From: Candidatus Amesbacteria bacterium
GTDB taxonomy: Bacteria; Patescibacteriota; Microgenomatia; CAZETR01; Amesbacteraceae
Assembly: GCA_963736875.1 (NCBI GenBank)
Contig: CAVTQH010000004.1
Coordinates: 187,899 to 251,898, forward strand
DNA length: 64,000 nt
Direction of reading: 5' to 3'
Positions 10,401 through 20,864 of the stretch are shown one piece after another. Each line of letters begins with the position of its first letter. The stretch's first letter is position 1. A program made the position numbers and the translations under genes. The notes under the pieces were generated by a model. That model saw only the letters and a list, made by a program, of their open reading frames with translations. It was not told the origin of the DNA and did no database searches.

Positions 10401-11068
10401 TTTTTTTCAAGTACCACTAACTGCATATCTTCAGGAAGTCTGTCAGCCACAATTGAATATTTCGCCACGGGTACAATCTCAGTTTTTCCCATTTCTTTCA
10501 GAAAATCATCAATCGTTCCCAGATCTTTCAGTCCGAAATCCGCCGTTTTGTAATGCATCGGAATTATTACCCACGGATCAACCTGCCCCGCTACTTCTTT
10601 GGCAGTTTTGGCATCAATGGTATATACCCCTCCCACAGGCACAAAAACCACGTCGATTGCCCCGATTTCTTCCAGCTGCTGATCACTCAGTTTATGACCC
10701 AGATCTCCCAGATGCGCAATTCTCAAGCCTTCCATTTCGATGACATACACCGTATTCAATCCCCTTTCACCACCCGATTTTTCATCGTGCCAGGTGGGGA
10801 CGCCGACCACCGACACCCCTCCGATTTCATACTCCCCCGGTCCGCTTATCACAAACGGATGACCTGGTTTACCGGCAGGCAGGCCTTTAATTTTATCCAC
10901 GGCATTATGATCAAAGTGATCATGGGATACGGTTATGATATCCGCTTCCACTTCCCTGGGATATTTCCCCACCTGATCTCCGTAAGGATCAGTCACTACG
11001 GTCTTTGATCTGCCTTTAAGCCGAAAGCTGGCGTGCCCGAAATATGCAATTTCCACATGCATAAACAT
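10397..11068 (-). CDS. MBL-fold metallo-hydrolase
   Basis: HxHxDH zinc-binding motif (TVSHDHFDHN) and downstream His/Asp ligands. Confidence 0.8.
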   Translation of the reverse strand: MFMHVEIAYFGHASFRLKGRSKTVVTDPYGDQVGKYPREVEADIITVSHDHFDHNAVDKIKGLPAGKPGHPFVISGPGEYEIGGVSVVGVPTWHDEKSGGERGLNTVYVIEMEGLRIAHLGDLGHKLSDQQLEEIGAIDVVFVPVGGVYTIDAKTAKEVAGQVDPWVIIPMHYKTADFGLKDLGTIDDFLKEMGKTEIVPVAKYSIVADRLPEDMQLVVLEKK

Positions 11069-11085
11069 ACACCAGATTTTTTATC

Positions 11086-11114
11086 TTGACAAGTAAGGCC
11101 CGGTCAATTAATCT
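11086..11114 (+). promoter_or_regulatory. Putative sigma70-like promoter (TTGACA - 17 nt - TAATCT) upstream of the 11130 gene
   Basis: Perfect -35 hexamer, 17-nt spacer and a weak -10, about 15 nt before the ATG at 11130. Confidence 0.3.
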
Positions 11115-11129
11115 CTTCCCAGTCGATAT

Positions 11130-11564
11130 ATGAAAAAAGAGGTGTTTTTAGCCGTAAGTGTGGGATTTGTATTAGGTCTTCTGATCACTTTCGGAATCTG
11201 GACTGCCAACCGTAATCTCAAAGTTTCCCCCAGGCCGGAAATTACCCGGATCCTTACCTCGCCTTCTCCGGAACCGTCAGCCGCCCCATCCTCCCCGCTT
11301 GCCCTGACTTTGACTTCTCCCGAGGATGAATTACTCACCACTTCCGACAGCGTCATAATTTCCGGTAAAACTTCTCCCGAAGCCGTTTTGTCAATCATTT
11401 CTGAAAGCAGTGAAAAGATTATCACCGCGGATAAAACCGGGACTTTTACCACCGATGTTGATCTGGAAGGCGGCTTTAACCGGCTTTTAGTCACCGCTTT
11501 TGACATGTCCGGAAATTCCGCTTCACAGGAACTATTAGTTACCTATACTACTTCAAAGATATGA
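11130..11564 (+). CDS. N-terminally anchored secreted protein, Ser/Pro-rich linker plus small beta-rich domain
   Basis: Signal-anchor (MKKEVFLAVSVGFVLGLLITFGIW), then an SP-rich low-complexity stretch. Confidence 0.5.
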   Translation: MKKEVFLAVSVGFVLGLLITFGIWTANRNLKVSPRPEITRILTSPSPEPSAAPSSPLALTLTSPEDELLTTSDSVIISGKTSPEAVLSIISESSEKIITADKTGTFTTDVDLEGGFNRLLVTAFDMSGNSASQELLVTYTTSKI

Positions 11565-12223
11565 AACGCAAATTAATAATCCTGCTGGTTCTGGCATTCA
11601 CTCTTTCCGCAAACGTTTCGGCGCAGACTGCCACCGAGGGAGCTTCCCCTTTGAGAGACTCCGTCAAACAAAAGGTAGCCGAGGAGCTGGCCCAGATCAA
11701 AAAAGCGGTATCCAAAAAAGCTTTCCTGGGCACAATCAGTAGTGTATCCGAAGCCACCCTGACTATCACCAATCTCCGAAATCAAACCCGGAGTGTTGTT
11801 GTCGGCACCGATTCGGTCATCAAACTTAAAAACGGCAAGGACGGAACCGTGGCGGATCTGAAATCCGGCCTGGTAATTTTGGTTATGGGAGATGTGGACA
11901 GTGCCGGAGTCATGACATCCAAACGCCTTCTCGTAATTTCCCTGCCGGCAGAATTCAAACGGCGGGCGGTCATGGGTACAGTCACCAAAGCCACCGCTTC
12001 TTCACTGACTCTGGAAAAAATAAATACCAAGGAAACCTGGACTGTTAAGCTGACTTCCGCCACCAAATACACCGCCAAAACCAAAGCTGCGGATGTCAAA
12101 GTTGGTCTGAAAATTGTGGTTTTGGGTACTGTTACTTCCGATAAAGCTCTTACCGCTCTCCAGCTTCATCTCATCCCTGCCGCCACAGCCACTCCGTCTT
12201 CCATTCCCTCCCCCACCCTATAG
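11561..12223 (+). CDS. Secreted protein with cleavable signal peptide and repeated beta-strand modules, unknown function
   Basis: Signal peptide MKRKLIILLVLAFTLSANVSAQT. 4-nt overlap with the upstream gene. Confidence 0.55.
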   Translation: MKRKLIILLVLAFTLSANVSAQTATEGASPLRDSVKQKVAEELAQIKKAVSKKAFLGTISSVSEATLTITNLRNQTRSVVVGTDSVIKLKNGKDGTVADLKSGLVILVMGDVDSAGVMTSKRLLVISLPAEFKRRAVMGTVTKATASSLTLEKINTKETWTVKLTSATKYTAKTKAADVKVGLKIVVLGTVTSDKALTALQLHLIPAATATPSSIPSPTL

Positions 12224-12239
12224 ATATATAATTAATCCG

Positions 12240-13445
12240 GTGAGACGACTGATCATACTGTTTTTCTTAATTGGTATTATTCTGATCGCCTCAGTAATAT
12301 TTGCCAAAATCTATACCCCATCTCCCCAATTCCCGGTTCCGGACTACCCCCAACCACAATTCATTATCAATGGATCTAAGATTTATAACATCCGGTCCGG
12401 CCGGTTTATTGATCTGTTAAAAGGTTACTCTACGCCTCTCTGGTCACCATCCGGAAAATTAGCGTTACTGAATCAGGGAGACTATGATTACATACCTAAA
12501 AGCTTTTTTTCCATTCCTTCCGCCAAGGCTACAACCGCCGGCTTCAATTATTTGCTTTACCTGGTTGATCCGATAGACTCCGAACCCCGCCTGCTTCTCC
12601 CGGAGGTATTCGGTCAGGTCCGCTGGGCCAAAGATTCAACCGGCTTCTATTACACCAAAGAATACTTAAGAAATTCGCCTCTTCTACTCGGAAATCAATC
12701 AGGTATGGAACCGGACAGAATAGATTACTTCTTCGTCGATCTTACCGGCCGTTCTTCTCCTTCCACTACCGAAAATTTCAAATCATTATCTTATCAACCG
12801 GCATCAGATCCCAAAGTCTCGGCCGAAGGGTTTACCGCCACTTCCGGTTGGACAAAGAATAGTCCTCCGAAATATTTTGTCGAAATTACCGATCCCCAAG
12901 GAAATCGTTTCCCCCTACCTGATATCGGTGAATTCAAACCTGACTTACTTTACCCGGCTAAGTGGTCTCCGTCCGGTAGCTCTCTGGCTATAATATATAA
13001 ATACGCATCCCCCACCCCTCCGTTCCGGGAAAAGTTTACTCTCGCAGTCTTTAGTTTGGATCAAATTCTCTATCAGAAGTTCCCTTCAAAATTTTCCCGG
13101 GAAATTTCCGCCGATCACCTCCATTTCGAATGGCTAAATGAAGATAAATTACTGGTCGGACAACTTACCGATTTAAGAGATAAATACCTGACTGCCACAG
13201 GCAATATTGGTATATATGACTCTAAAACTTTTTCCTTTAAACCTCTTACTCCTGCAATTACTTCCCGGATATATCACCTCGAATTGACTATTTCACCTGA
13301 TAAACAATATTTTACCTATACTATTAAACCCCCTGGTGACAGTATGTATTTTGAAACTTACGTTTATGACATTAACGGAAATCAAATAACCATACTCCCG
13401 GGTAACGGGGTTATCTGGAAACCCCTTGACAATCAAACACTATAG
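12240..13445 (+). CDS. Membrane-anchored periplasmic beta-propeller protein (TolB/PD40-like repeats)
   Basis: Probable GTG start after the stop of the previous gene; the track ORF reads through from 12114. N-terminal TM helix. Recurring …WSPSG.. and …SPDKQY… blades typical of PD40/WD40-like propellers. Confidence 0.55.
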   Translation: MRRLIILFFLIGIILIASVIFAKIYTPSPQFPVPDYPQPQFIINGSKIYNIRSGRFIDLLKGYSTPLWSPSGKLALLNQGDYDYIPKSFFSIPSAKATTAGFNYLLYLVDPIDSEPRLLLPEVFGQVRWAKDSTGFYYTKEYLRNSPLLLGNQSGMEPDRIDYFFVDLTGRSSPSTTENFKSLSYQPASDPKVSAEGFTATSGWTKNSPPKYFVEITDPQGNRFPLPDIGEFKPDLLYPAKWSPSGSSLAIIYKYASPTPPFREKFTLAVFSLDQILYQKFPSKFSREISADHLHFEWLNEDKLLVGQLTDLRDKYLTATGNIGIYDSKTFSFKPLTPAITSRIYHLELTISPDKQYFTYTIKPPGDSMYFETYVYDINGNQITILPGNGVIWKPLDNQTL

Positions 13446-13459
13446 GGTGTATATGAGAT

Positions 13460-13484
13460 GAGCCGCAGGGCTCTATTTTTTTTC
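13460..13484 (+). terminator. Rho-independent terminator (GAGCC-gcag-GGCTC stem-loop followed by TATTTTTTTTC)
   Basis: Hairpin plus T8 run 15 nt after the stop of the 12240..13445 gene. Confidence 0.5.
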
Positions 13485-13499
13485 TGTTATCATTAATAT

Positions 13500-14714
13500 A
13501 TGATTTCACAACCTCTTAAAGGTTTCCGTGACTTTTTACCGGAAACCATGGCAGTCAGAAGCAAGGTTATCAACACACTGAAAAGTGTGTTTGAATCCTA
13601 TGGATTTTCCGAGCTCCAAACTCCGACCTTGGAATATGCAGAAATTTTGAAGGGAAAATATGGAGAGGAAGCGGAAAAACTGATGTATCTTTTCAGGGAC
13701 AGAGGAGACCGTGAAGTTGGTCTCAAATACGATCTTACCGTTCCCCTCGCCAGAGTTATGGCTCAATACCCGGACCTGCCCAAGCCATTCAAACGATATC
13801 AAATCCAACCGGTATTCCGCGCAGAGAATACCCAAAAAGGCCGGTATAGAGAAATTTATCAATGTGATATTGATACCATCGGAACTACCTCTCCCATTGC
13901 TGATGCGGAAATACTCGCAATAACTTCCGACTCTCTGACTTCTTTAAAATTCAATAATTTCACGATCAGAGTTAACTCCAGAGAGGTACTCAAACAGATT
14001 ACCGATTCTCCTTCAATTCTTCAATCGATAGACAAGCTCGATAAAAAAACTGTAGAAGAAATAATTGAAGAATTGAAAACTAAAGGAGTTGAGGCTTCAT
14101 TTATTCAGGACACCCTTGCCCGACTCGATACCCTCAAACCGGATGATCACTTGAACAAAGTCATCGATATGGCCCGAAAACTGGGAGCTAAGAACATCCA
14201 ATTTGATCCCCGCCTGGTCAGAGGTCTGGATTATTATACCGGCCCGATTTTTGAAACAGTTATTACCGAGCCCAAAATCGGATCAATTACCGGGGGTGGT
14301 AGATACGATAATTTAATTCAATCATTAGGAGGGCCAAAATTAGAAGCTGTAGGTACTTCCTTCGGCCTAGATCGGTTGTGTGATGCAATAGAGGAGCTAA
14401 AACTATGGCCTGATTTTACATTCAACCGGGTTAATGTTCTGGTAACTGTATTCAACACAGATCTGATAGATAAATCCTTGGAACTAAGTGCAAAACTTCG
14501 TCAGGCAAAAGTAAATGCTGAACTGTACTCCGAATCAAGGGATGGAATCGACAAACAATTAAAATATGCATCCAAAAAAGAAATTCCTTTTGTCGCCATT
14601 CTTGGTCCTGAAGAAATTGAAAAGAACGTTGTTACTTTAAAAAACATGCAAACCGGAGAGCAAAAACAGTTAAACCCGGAAAATTTAATTTCGGATTTAG
14701 AAATTAGAAATTAG
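13500..14714 (+). CDS. hisS: Histidyl-tRNA synthetase
   Basis: Class II aaRS motifs, HisRS-specific N-terminus (…KGFRDFLPE…), and a C-terminal anticodon-binding domain. Confidence 0.85.
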   Translation: MISQPLKGFRDFLPETMAVRSKVINTLKSVFESYGFSELQTPTLEYAEILKGKYGEEAEKLMYLFRDRGDREVGLKYDLTVPLARVMAQYPDLPKPFKRYQIQPVFRAENTQKGRYREIYQCDIDTIGTTSPIADAEILAITSDSLTSLKFNNFTIRVNSREVLKQITDSPSILQSIDKLDKKTVEEIIEELKTKGVEASFIQDTLARLDTLKPDDHLNKVIDMARKLGAKNIQFDPRLVRGLDYYTGPIFETVITEPKIGSITGGGRYDNLIQSLGGPKLEAVGTSFGLDRLCDAIEELKLWPDFTFNRVNVLVTVFNTDLIDKSLELSAKLRQAKVNAELYSESRDGIDKQLKYASKKEIPFVAILGPEEIEKNVVTLKNMQTGEQKQLNPENLISDLEIRN

Positions 14715-14739
14715 ATATTAGTAATTTAAAATTATTGCC

Positions 14740-15654
14740 GTGTCTGCCCCTACCCGTGCCTATCTCATGCTCCTGGCTGTGGCTGCAATCTGGGGTTTTG
14801 CCCCGCCGATCATCAAAGTGGCTTTTTCTTCCTTTCCCCCGCTGTTTTTTCTCACTTATCGTTTTTTAATTACCAACTTTATCCTGATCCCGGTCCTGCT
14901 TCTTACCGAACCGGACACCTGGCACACGCTTTCCCGTTTAAAACCCCGGGATTGGTTCATATTTATCGGAACCGGTATTCTGGGGTCCACCGTCCAGCTG
15001 GGTCTTTTATTTTGGGGTCTGAATTACACCACTTCGCTTGATGCCGCGGTCATTGGTGCCATACCGCCTGTTTTAGTGGCTATTGGCAGTGTAATATTTC
15101 TCAAAGAAAAAATATCCCGGAGAGGAATAATTGGTTTGACTGTGGCGTTTTTGGGATCAATTTTTATTGTCATTCAGCCGTTATTTGAAGGCAGGTCGGT
15201 TGTTTCCGGAAGTCTCACTGGTAACTTTCTGGTTTTTCTGGGAACCGTCTCCTGGGCAGTCTACGTGATTATCACCAAGCTGGAACTGCGCCACCGTCTT
15301 TCCCCCCTGCTTCTGACTGCCAATATGTTTTTTACCGGTTTTATCTCAATTTCTTTTATTTCCGTTTTCTATTATTCCCCGTCTGTTGTTTTCCGTCTCC
15401 TTTCCGCGGCTCCCATAAGCGCTCATGCCAGTGTGGTATACATGGCATTTATTTCCGGAGCCCTGGCCTACTGGCTTTATCAGAAAGCCCAAAAAGTCAT
15501 CGCCGCCTCCCGGGCTGATATTTTCCTCTACCTCTCCCCCGTTTTTACCGCCCCGCTGGCATATTATTTTCTGGACGAACCGATTACTCTTCCCCTGATT
15601 ATCGGATCATTTATCATCGCCGCCGGTGTGATTATCTCCCAGACCCGCCGCTAA
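14740..15654 (+). CDS. EamA/DMT-family transporter
   Basis: Ten TM helices in two EamA repeats. GTG start. Confidence 0.8.
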   Translation: MSAPTRAYLMLLAVAAIWGFAPPIIKVAFSSFPPLFFLTYRFLITNFILIPVLLLTEPDTWHTLSRLKPRDWFIFIGTGILGSTVQLGLLFWGLNYTTSLDAAVIGAIPPVLVAIGSVIFLKEKISRRGIIGLTVAFLGSIFIVIQPLFEGRSVVSGSLTGNFLVFLGTVSWAVYVIITKLELRHRLSPLLLTANMFFTGFISISFISVFYYSPSVVFRLLSAAPISAHASVVYMAFISGALAYWLYQKAQKVIAASRADIFLYLSPVFTAPLAYYFLDEPITLPLIIGSFIIAAGVIISQTRR

Positions 15655-16533
15655 ATCTGTTACCACATTTCCCAGATCCCCTTCGATAATCCGGTCCAAT
15701 TGATGCCAGCTCTTGCCTATCCTGTGGTCGGTCACCCGGTTTTGGGGAAAATTATATGTCCTTATTTTCTCCGATCGCATGCTCCTGCCGATTTTTGAAC
15801 GTTGGTCTTTGAGGTTTGCCAGCTTTTTTTCCTGTTCCAACTCCCATAATTGTGACCGTAAAAGCGCCATGGCTATCTTTCTGTTCTGCTCCTGAAACCT
15901 TTCCTGCCGGGATTGCACTATTATTCCCGACGGTTTATGTAAAAGGCGCACCGCCGTAGCTACTTTGTTCACGTTCTGCCCTCCGTGACCTCCCCCCCGG
16001 GTAAATTCCCAGACCAGATCATCCTCTCTTATTTCTATCTGGTTTTCGGCAACTTCCGGAAGCACCACAATTGAAGCCGTGGAAGTGTGAATCCTGCCGT
16101 AAGCTTCGGTTACCGGTACCCGCTGTACCCGGTGAACCCCCGTCTCCCATTTTAACTTTTCAAAAACTCCTTTGCCTTTAAGCTTAATCACTCCGCTGTC
16201 CAATTGCTCGATTTGCCATTTATTATTTTCCGCAAATCGGCTGTACATCCGCATTAGTTCCTCGGCCCAGATTTTCGCTTCATCCCCTCCCACCCCGGGC
16301 CGTGCTTCCACAATAATGCTGTTAAAATTCTCAGTCGGTTCGCCGGCAGCATCATGTGAAGCAGGGTCGGTCATCGCCCGGTCAATTTTCTCTATCTCCG
16401 TCTCAATTCTCTTCACTTCTTCGTCTGCCATCTCCTTCATTCCGGGTTCCTGCCCCATTTTTTTGGCCTCTTCGAGTTTCAACTCCAGTCTTTCCTTCTC
16501 CTCCGTTAAATACTGATTTGCTTCGTTAGCCAC
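15607..16533 (-). CDS. prfA: Peptide chain release factor 1 (shortened N-terminal domain)
   Basis: GGQ motif ([13 protein letters not shown]) and RF1-type P-V-T tripeptide ([16 protein letters not shown]). No RF2 SPF motif and no programmed-frameshift site. Confidence 0.8.
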   Translation of the reverse strand: MANEANQYLTEEKERLELKLEEAKKMGQEPGMKEMADEEVKRIETEIEKIDRAMTDPASHDAAGEPTENFNSIIVEARPGVGGDEAKIWAEELMRMYSRFAENNKWQIEQLDSGVIKLKGKGVFEKLKWETGVHRVQRVPVTEAYGRIHTSTASIVVLPEVAENQIEIREDDLVWEFTRGGGHGGQNVNKVATAVRLLHKPSGIIVQSRQERFQEQNRKIAMALLRSQLWELEQEKKLANLKDQRSKIGRSMRSEKIRTYNFPQNRVTDHRIGKSWHQLDRIIEGDLGNVVTDLAAGLGDNHTGGDDK

Positions 16534-16545
16534 GGTCTTAATTAC

Positions 16546-16875
16546 TTAACTCACTTTGCTTCTTACCCGGTCAAACATTTCTTTCAGATTCTTGGGTTTG
16601 GCTGCTTCGATATCCTCTTCCTCTTTCTTTTTTATGGCCTGTCTTTTCTTTTTGGACAAAGAGGCCGTTCCCTTGGGTGCCGAAGCCATTTTCTGCTGAA
16701 ACTTCTCCACCCGGCCCATGGTATCCACAAACCTCATTTCACCGGTAAAGAACGGGTGGCACTTGGCACAAATATCCACATCAATTTTTTGTTTGGTCGA
16801 ACCTACCGTAAAAGTATTACCGCAGGCACACGTCACCACCGCCTCATAATATTTTGGGTGAATAGTCGCTTTCAT
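16546..16875 (-). CDS. rpmE: 50S ribosomal protein L31 with a Lys-rich C-terminal extension
   Basis: [22 protein letters not shown]…[10 protein letters not shown] zinc-ribbon L31 core. About 40 extra basic residues at the C-terminus. Confidence 0.85.
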   Translation of the reverse strand: MKATIHPKYYEAVVTCACGNTFTVGSTKQKIDVDICAKCHPFFTGEMRFVDTMGRVEKFQQKMASAPKGTASLSKKKRQAIKKKEEEDIEAAKPKNLKEMFDRVRSKVS

Positions 16876-16927
16876 ACAGATACCGATTTTACCAGAAAAT
16901 CAGGCTAATTAGAATAATTAGCTTAAT

Positions 16928-18121
16928 CTACTTTGCTTCTTCCAGAGTCACCGTTACGGTTTTGGTTTCGTTATTCCGCCAGTATTCCACTTCCACTTTA
17001 TCCCCCACCTTATGGCTTGAAATAGCCGCCGCCACCGAATTCACGTCTCCCGAAATCTTCTTTCCGTCAATTTTGGTAATAATATCCTGGGCCTGCAGTC
17101 CGGCTTTTTCTGCCGGGGATCCGGGTATTACTGCCTGGATGAAAGCTCCCGCCGGAACTTCATATTTTAATGCCGTCTGCATATCCAGAATCTGGTACCG
17201 TACACCTAAGAAAGGCCGGTTAAACTGCCCGGTTTTGTTGAAGTTATCAATTGCCTCCTTAATGATGTTTATAGGCAGGGCAAAACCGATATTCTGGCCT
17301 TGAGATGATACCGCGGTGTTTACCCCGATCACCTGACCGGAAGAATTAAGAAGCGGACCTCCGGAATTTCCCGGGTTAATCGCCGCATCGGTTTGAATTA
17401 CGTTATCCAGCCGCTCCACCGCCCCTTCCAGGGGACTCCCGGCATCAATACCTCTCCCCAGACCTGATACCACACCTGTCGTCACCGTATGCCGGAACTC
17501 TCCCAGCGCGGTGCCGATGGCAATCACAAACTGGCCAACTTTGAGATTTCCCGAATCTCCCATTTCCACAGTTTTCAATCCGCTGGCAGTGATCTTTAAT
17601 ATCGCCAGATCATTCGTCGGGTCTCGGTAGATTTTTTCTACTTGATACTGCTTATCATCATTGGTTATCACCCGATACGTCGCTTCGGTGTCGGCCACTA
17701 CATGCTTGTTGGTTACAATCAGGCCGTCACTGCTGATAATAAAACCGCTGCCGATGTCCTCCTCGATCTTTTTCTGTTGTGTCTGCCCCTGCCCGAACTG
17801 CTGTTTGAAAAATCCGAACGGGTCGGAAAACGGATCAAAATTGAAAGAGGGCGATGTATAGGTCTGGATTTTGGAAATCCCCACCGTTACCACGGAAGGA
17901 CTCACTTTTTCCGTGACGTCAATTACCACGGATTCCTCGGTGACCACCCGGACATTACTCGGGCTGGGATTTACCATACCCTGGCGGTCTACCGGAAACC
18001 ATTTATCCAATATCTTGTAACCGAACAGTCTATCCGAAATCGCTCCTCCCCCCACCGCTCCCGCCACCACCAGAATTCCCGCCAGTCCCAGAGCCAACTT
18101 TGAAAATCTTTTCTTTACCAT
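16928..18121 (-). CDS. HtrA/DegP-family serine protease with PDZ domain
   Basis: Catalytic triad context (…TNKHVV…, …DLAILKI…, …GNSGGPL…), C-terminal PDZ, N-terminal TM anchor. Confidence 0.9.
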   Translation of the reverse strand: MVKKRFSKLALGLAGILVVAGAVGGGAISDRLFGYKILDKWFPVDRQGMVNPSPSNVRVVTEESVVIDVTEKVSPSVVTVGISKIQTYTSPSFNFDPFSDPFGFFKQQFGQGQTQQKKIEEDIGSGFIISSDGLIVTNKHVVADTEATYRVITNDDKQYQVEKIYRDPTNDLAILKITASGLKTVEMGDSGNLKVGQFVIAIGTALGEFRHTVTTGVVSGLGRGIDAGSPLEGAVERLDNVIQTDAAINPGNSGGPLLNSSGQVIGVNTAVSSQGQNIGFALPINIIKEAIDNFNKTGQFNRPFLGVRYQILDMQTALKYEVPAGAFIQAVIPGSPAEKAGLQAQDIITKIDGKKISGDVNSVAAAISSHKVGDKVEVEYWRNNETKTVTVTLEEAK

Positions 18122-18164
18122 AGAAAAATATTATATCCTTTAAAGGCAAAATTTTGTCAAGTCC

Positions 18165-19415
18165 TTATTTCAGAAGTTCAATGGCTTTGACAAGTTGCGG
18201 ATCGTTTTCCCAGGCGGTGGTTTCACTCCCGTTTTCCCAGGCTACCGCCACGTCAGGGGTAATTCCTTTTTTATCAATCCAGTCTCCGGAAGGTCTCAGC
18301 CATTTGGCTACCGTTACATGGATTCCCGATCCGTCGGGAAAATCCTCCGGTTGCTGCACACTCCCTTTTCCGAAAGACTTTATTCCCACCACTTTTGCCC
18401 GCCTGTGATCCTGGAGAGCCCCCGCCAATATTTCGGATGCTGAAGCGCTTCCTCCGTTGACCAAAACCACTACCGGTAAAGCCGTCAGCTGGCCATTCCG
18501 GTCCACTTTGTTATCCGTCTTGGTTCCGTCCCCGTATTGCTGGCTGACTACCAGATCATCCGCTTTGAGAAATTCACCGGCAATGTATACCGCCATTTCC
18601 AGATATCCGCCCGGATTGTTTCTTAAATCCAGCACCATCCCGCGGCACTTTTCCTTCTGATTCAGGCAATTGGATACCACGTCCGCTACCACCGTCCCCC
18701 ATTCCTCTCGGGTCCTGTCACCGAATCTGGACAATTTCACCCAGGCGGTGTTATCCGCATACTGGATCGTCACGCTTTTAACCACAATCGTATCCCTGGT
18801 CAATTCCACTTCAAACGGTTTGTCCACCCCTTCCCTAAATAACATCAGTTTTACTTTTGTCCCCTTGGTTCCGCGGATTAATTTCACCGCTTCGGTAATT
18901 GCCATTCCGTCCGTCGCCTGGTCAATTCCCTTGGCTTCATCTTTAATTTTTAAAATCAGATCTCCCGCTTTCACTCCGGCTTTCATGGCCGGTGACCCGT
19001 CCAATGGCGTCATTACCGCCAGCTGTTTTTCTTTAAATCCCAGTTGAATTCCTACTCCCTCAAACGCCCCGCCCAGATCCTCTTTGGTCTCTTTATTCTG
19101 CTGGAAGGGTAAATACACGGTATAAGGATCGCCTATCGCCGCCACCATCCCGGAAATTGCCCCGTCTATCATTTTCTTCGTATCCAAATCCGCTTTATCC
19201 ACATAAAGTTTTGACACTTTATCCCATACGGTCCAAAACAGGGAAAAATCTCCTTCGGACGGCTGTCCCTGCATAATCGCCGTCTTATTCACCACCACCG
19301 CCGGTTTCCAGTTGGCGTAAGTGATTTTAAGTTTTTGTTCACCAAACCAGAAACCCATCCAGCCGGCAAGCATCACCAACACCGTAACCAAAAAGAAATT
19401 CCTAAAATTCATCAA
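18165..19415 (-). CDS. Carboxyl-terminal processing (S41) peptidase
   Basis: PDZ domain plus S41 catalytic region (…VLDLRNNPGGYL…, Ser/Lys dyad context). N-terminal TM anchor. Confidence 0.85.
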   Translation of the reverse strand: MMNFRNFFLVTVLVMLAGWMGFWFGEQKLKITYANWKPAVVVNKTAIMQGQPSEGDFSLFWTVWDKVSKLYVDKADLDTKKMIDGAISGMVAAIGDPYTVYLPFQQNKETKEDLGGAFEGVGIQLGFKEKQLAVMTPLDGSPAMKAGVKAGDLILKIKDEAKGIDQATDGMAITEAVKLIRGTKGTKVKLMLFREGVDKPFEVELTRDTIVVKSVTIQYADNTAWVKLSRFGDRTREEWGTVVADVVSNCLNQKEKCRGMVLDLRNNPGGYLEMAVYIAGEFLKADDLVVSQQYGDGTKTDNKVDRNGQLTALPVVVLVNGGSASASEILAGALQDHRRAKVVGIKSFGKGSVQQPEDFPDGSGIHVTVAKWLRPSGDWIDKKGITPDVAVAWENGSETTAWENDPQLVKAIELLK

Positions 19416-19424
19416 TAGATACTA

Positions 19425-19655
19425 CTACAAACCCGAGACAAAAGGCAAAAGAGCCAAATGCCTGGCGTGTTTTATCCCCGCTGATAATTTTCTCTGATGT
19501 TTGGCGCATACTCCCGACCTGTCGCGCCCGATTATTCTTCCCCTGTCACTTATAAATCTGGAGAGATTGGCTACTTCTTTGAAACTGGGATCAATCTTTT
19601 CCTTGCAAAAGAAACAATTTCTCGGGACCTTGATTTTTCTCTTCCTCTGTATCAT
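19425..19655 (-). CDS. rpsR: 30S ribosomal protein S18
   Basis: …ISDRGRIIGRDRSGVCAKHQRKLSAGIKHARHLALLPF… matches S18. Confidence 0.85.
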   Translation of the reverse strand: MIQRKRKIKVPRNCFFCKEKIDPSFKEVANLSRFISDRGRIIGRDRSGVCAKHQRKLSAGIKHARHLALLPFVSGL

Positions 19656-19660
19656 AAGCT

Positions 19661-20209
19661 CTAAAAAGGAATATCTTCAGCCACTTCCTGTGCTTTATCC
19701 GGTTTTTCCTCTTCTTCTTCCTTTTTCGTCTTCGTCTTGGACTTGGACCCGCCTGCCGGCCGGCCGGGTTTCGGTTCCGCAACCGGAGCTGCAGCCGGAA
19801 CTTCTTCAACGACTGCCGGTTCTTCAACAACAGGACTTGCCTCAACCGGCTCAATCGCTTCTTCACCCTGGCGTTTGGAGTCCAGTACCAGCATGTCTTC
19901 AATTACTATTTCTGTCGCCTGCCTTTGAGCTCCGTCCTGGCCGGTCCATTGTCGGGTCTGCAGCCGGCCTTCTACATACACTCTGCGGCCTTTGAATAAC
20001 AGTTGCGAACAAAGTTCTGCCAGTTTATTCCAGGCTACAATCCGGTGAAATTCCGTTTCTTCTTTCTTTTCCCCGTTATCAGTTACCCAGGTTCTGTTGG
20101 TGGCCAGTCCCATGGTGCAAACTGCCGTTCCCTGCGGGGTATATCTCAGCTCCGGGTCCCGGGTAAGATTTCCGATCAACTGAACTTTATTTAAAGACCG
20201 TGTTGCCAT
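19661..20209 (-). CDS. ssb: Single-stranded DNA-binding protein
   Basis: OB-fold SSB core (…VQLIGNLTRDPELRYTPQG…), Pro/Glu-rich linker and acidic C-terminal tail ending DIPF. Confidence 0.9.
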   Translation of the reverse strand: MATRSLNKVQLIGNLTRDPELRYTPQGTAVCTMGLATNRTWVTDNGEKKEETEFHRIVAWNKLAELCSQLLFKGRRVYVEGRLQTRQWTGQDGAQRQATEIVIEDMLVLDSKRQGEEAIEPVEASPVVEEPAVVEEVPAAAPVAEPKPGRPAGGSKSKTKTKKEEEEEKPDKAQEVAEDIPF

Positions 20210-20494
20210 TTATATCCTGACTAAAAGGTGTCTTAAAACATCTTTATCCACACCTAACTTCTTGTCCAATTGTATCACAGATTCGGAAGGCAGCTCAACC
20301 TGTAAATTTATATAGACTCCTTCCGTTTTACTGTTAATTTTGTAAGCCAGCTGTTTCCGTCCCATATCCATGGTTTTTTCCACCACTCCCCCGAGACCTT
20401 TCATCACCTTTTCAATTTTTTCCACAAACTTGTCCTTCACCTCGTCTTTTACCGAAGGCGCCAGGATCAAAGTCAAATCATATTTGTTTTTCAT
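20210..20494 (-). CDS. rpsF: 30S ribosomal protein S6
   Basis: S6-like sequence. Conserved rpsF-ssb-rpsR gene order. Confidence 0.85.
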   Translation of the reverse strand: MKNKYDLTLILAPSVKDEVKDKFVEKIEKVMKGLGGVVEKTMDMGRKQLAYKINSKTEGVYINLQVELPSESVIQLDKKLGVDKDVLRHLLVRI

Positions 20495-20543
20495 AAATAC
20501 CCGTGTATTTTACCGGTTCATAACCCATATATCAATTGTACTA

Positions 20544-20834
20544 TTATCTGTGACTACCGGGGGTTTTACTTCCGGTCCGGCGTCTGGCCCAACTTTTGCC
20601 TCTAATTATTTCCCCCGATCTCTCCGTATAACTGATTACCGTCTCAGCAAAACAGCCAACATCGTTTCTGCTTCCGTTTCCTTCGAATATCCTCATTATT
20701 GCCACAGTTAACTTATCCAGGGCATTTTGTCCTTCAGTGGTTATTCTGGCGGTGTTGTAGGCCTCTTGCCCTACCAACTTTCTTGTTGCCCGCATAGCTC
20801 TCATATCCCGAAAGTTACCGATAATTTCACTCAT
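20544..20834 (-). CDS. Four-helix-bundle protein (TIGR02436-like, the so-called 23S rRNA intervening-sequence protein family)
   Basis: …IFEGNGSRND… resembles the conserved IAEG.G.R block of this family. The N-terminal RDMRAMR… region matches too. Start taken at the internal Met. Confidence 0.45.
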   Translation of the reverse strand: MSEIIGNFRDMRAMRATRKLVGQEAYNTARITTEGQNALDKLTVAIMRIFEGNGSRNDVGCFAETVISYTERSGEIIRGKSWARRRTGSKTPGSHR

Positions 20835-20864
20835 TTGCACATTATATCGCACTATACCGGGTTT

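Noticed and set aside
9055-10410. Intein in dnaB
   Set aside because: Length (~440-450 aa) and continuous alignment of the helicase motifs leave no room for an intein.
15607-16533. Programmed +1 frameshift as in prfB
   Set aside because: The protein has the RF1-specific PVT tripeptide. No in-frame early UGA or CUU-UGA slippery context was seen.
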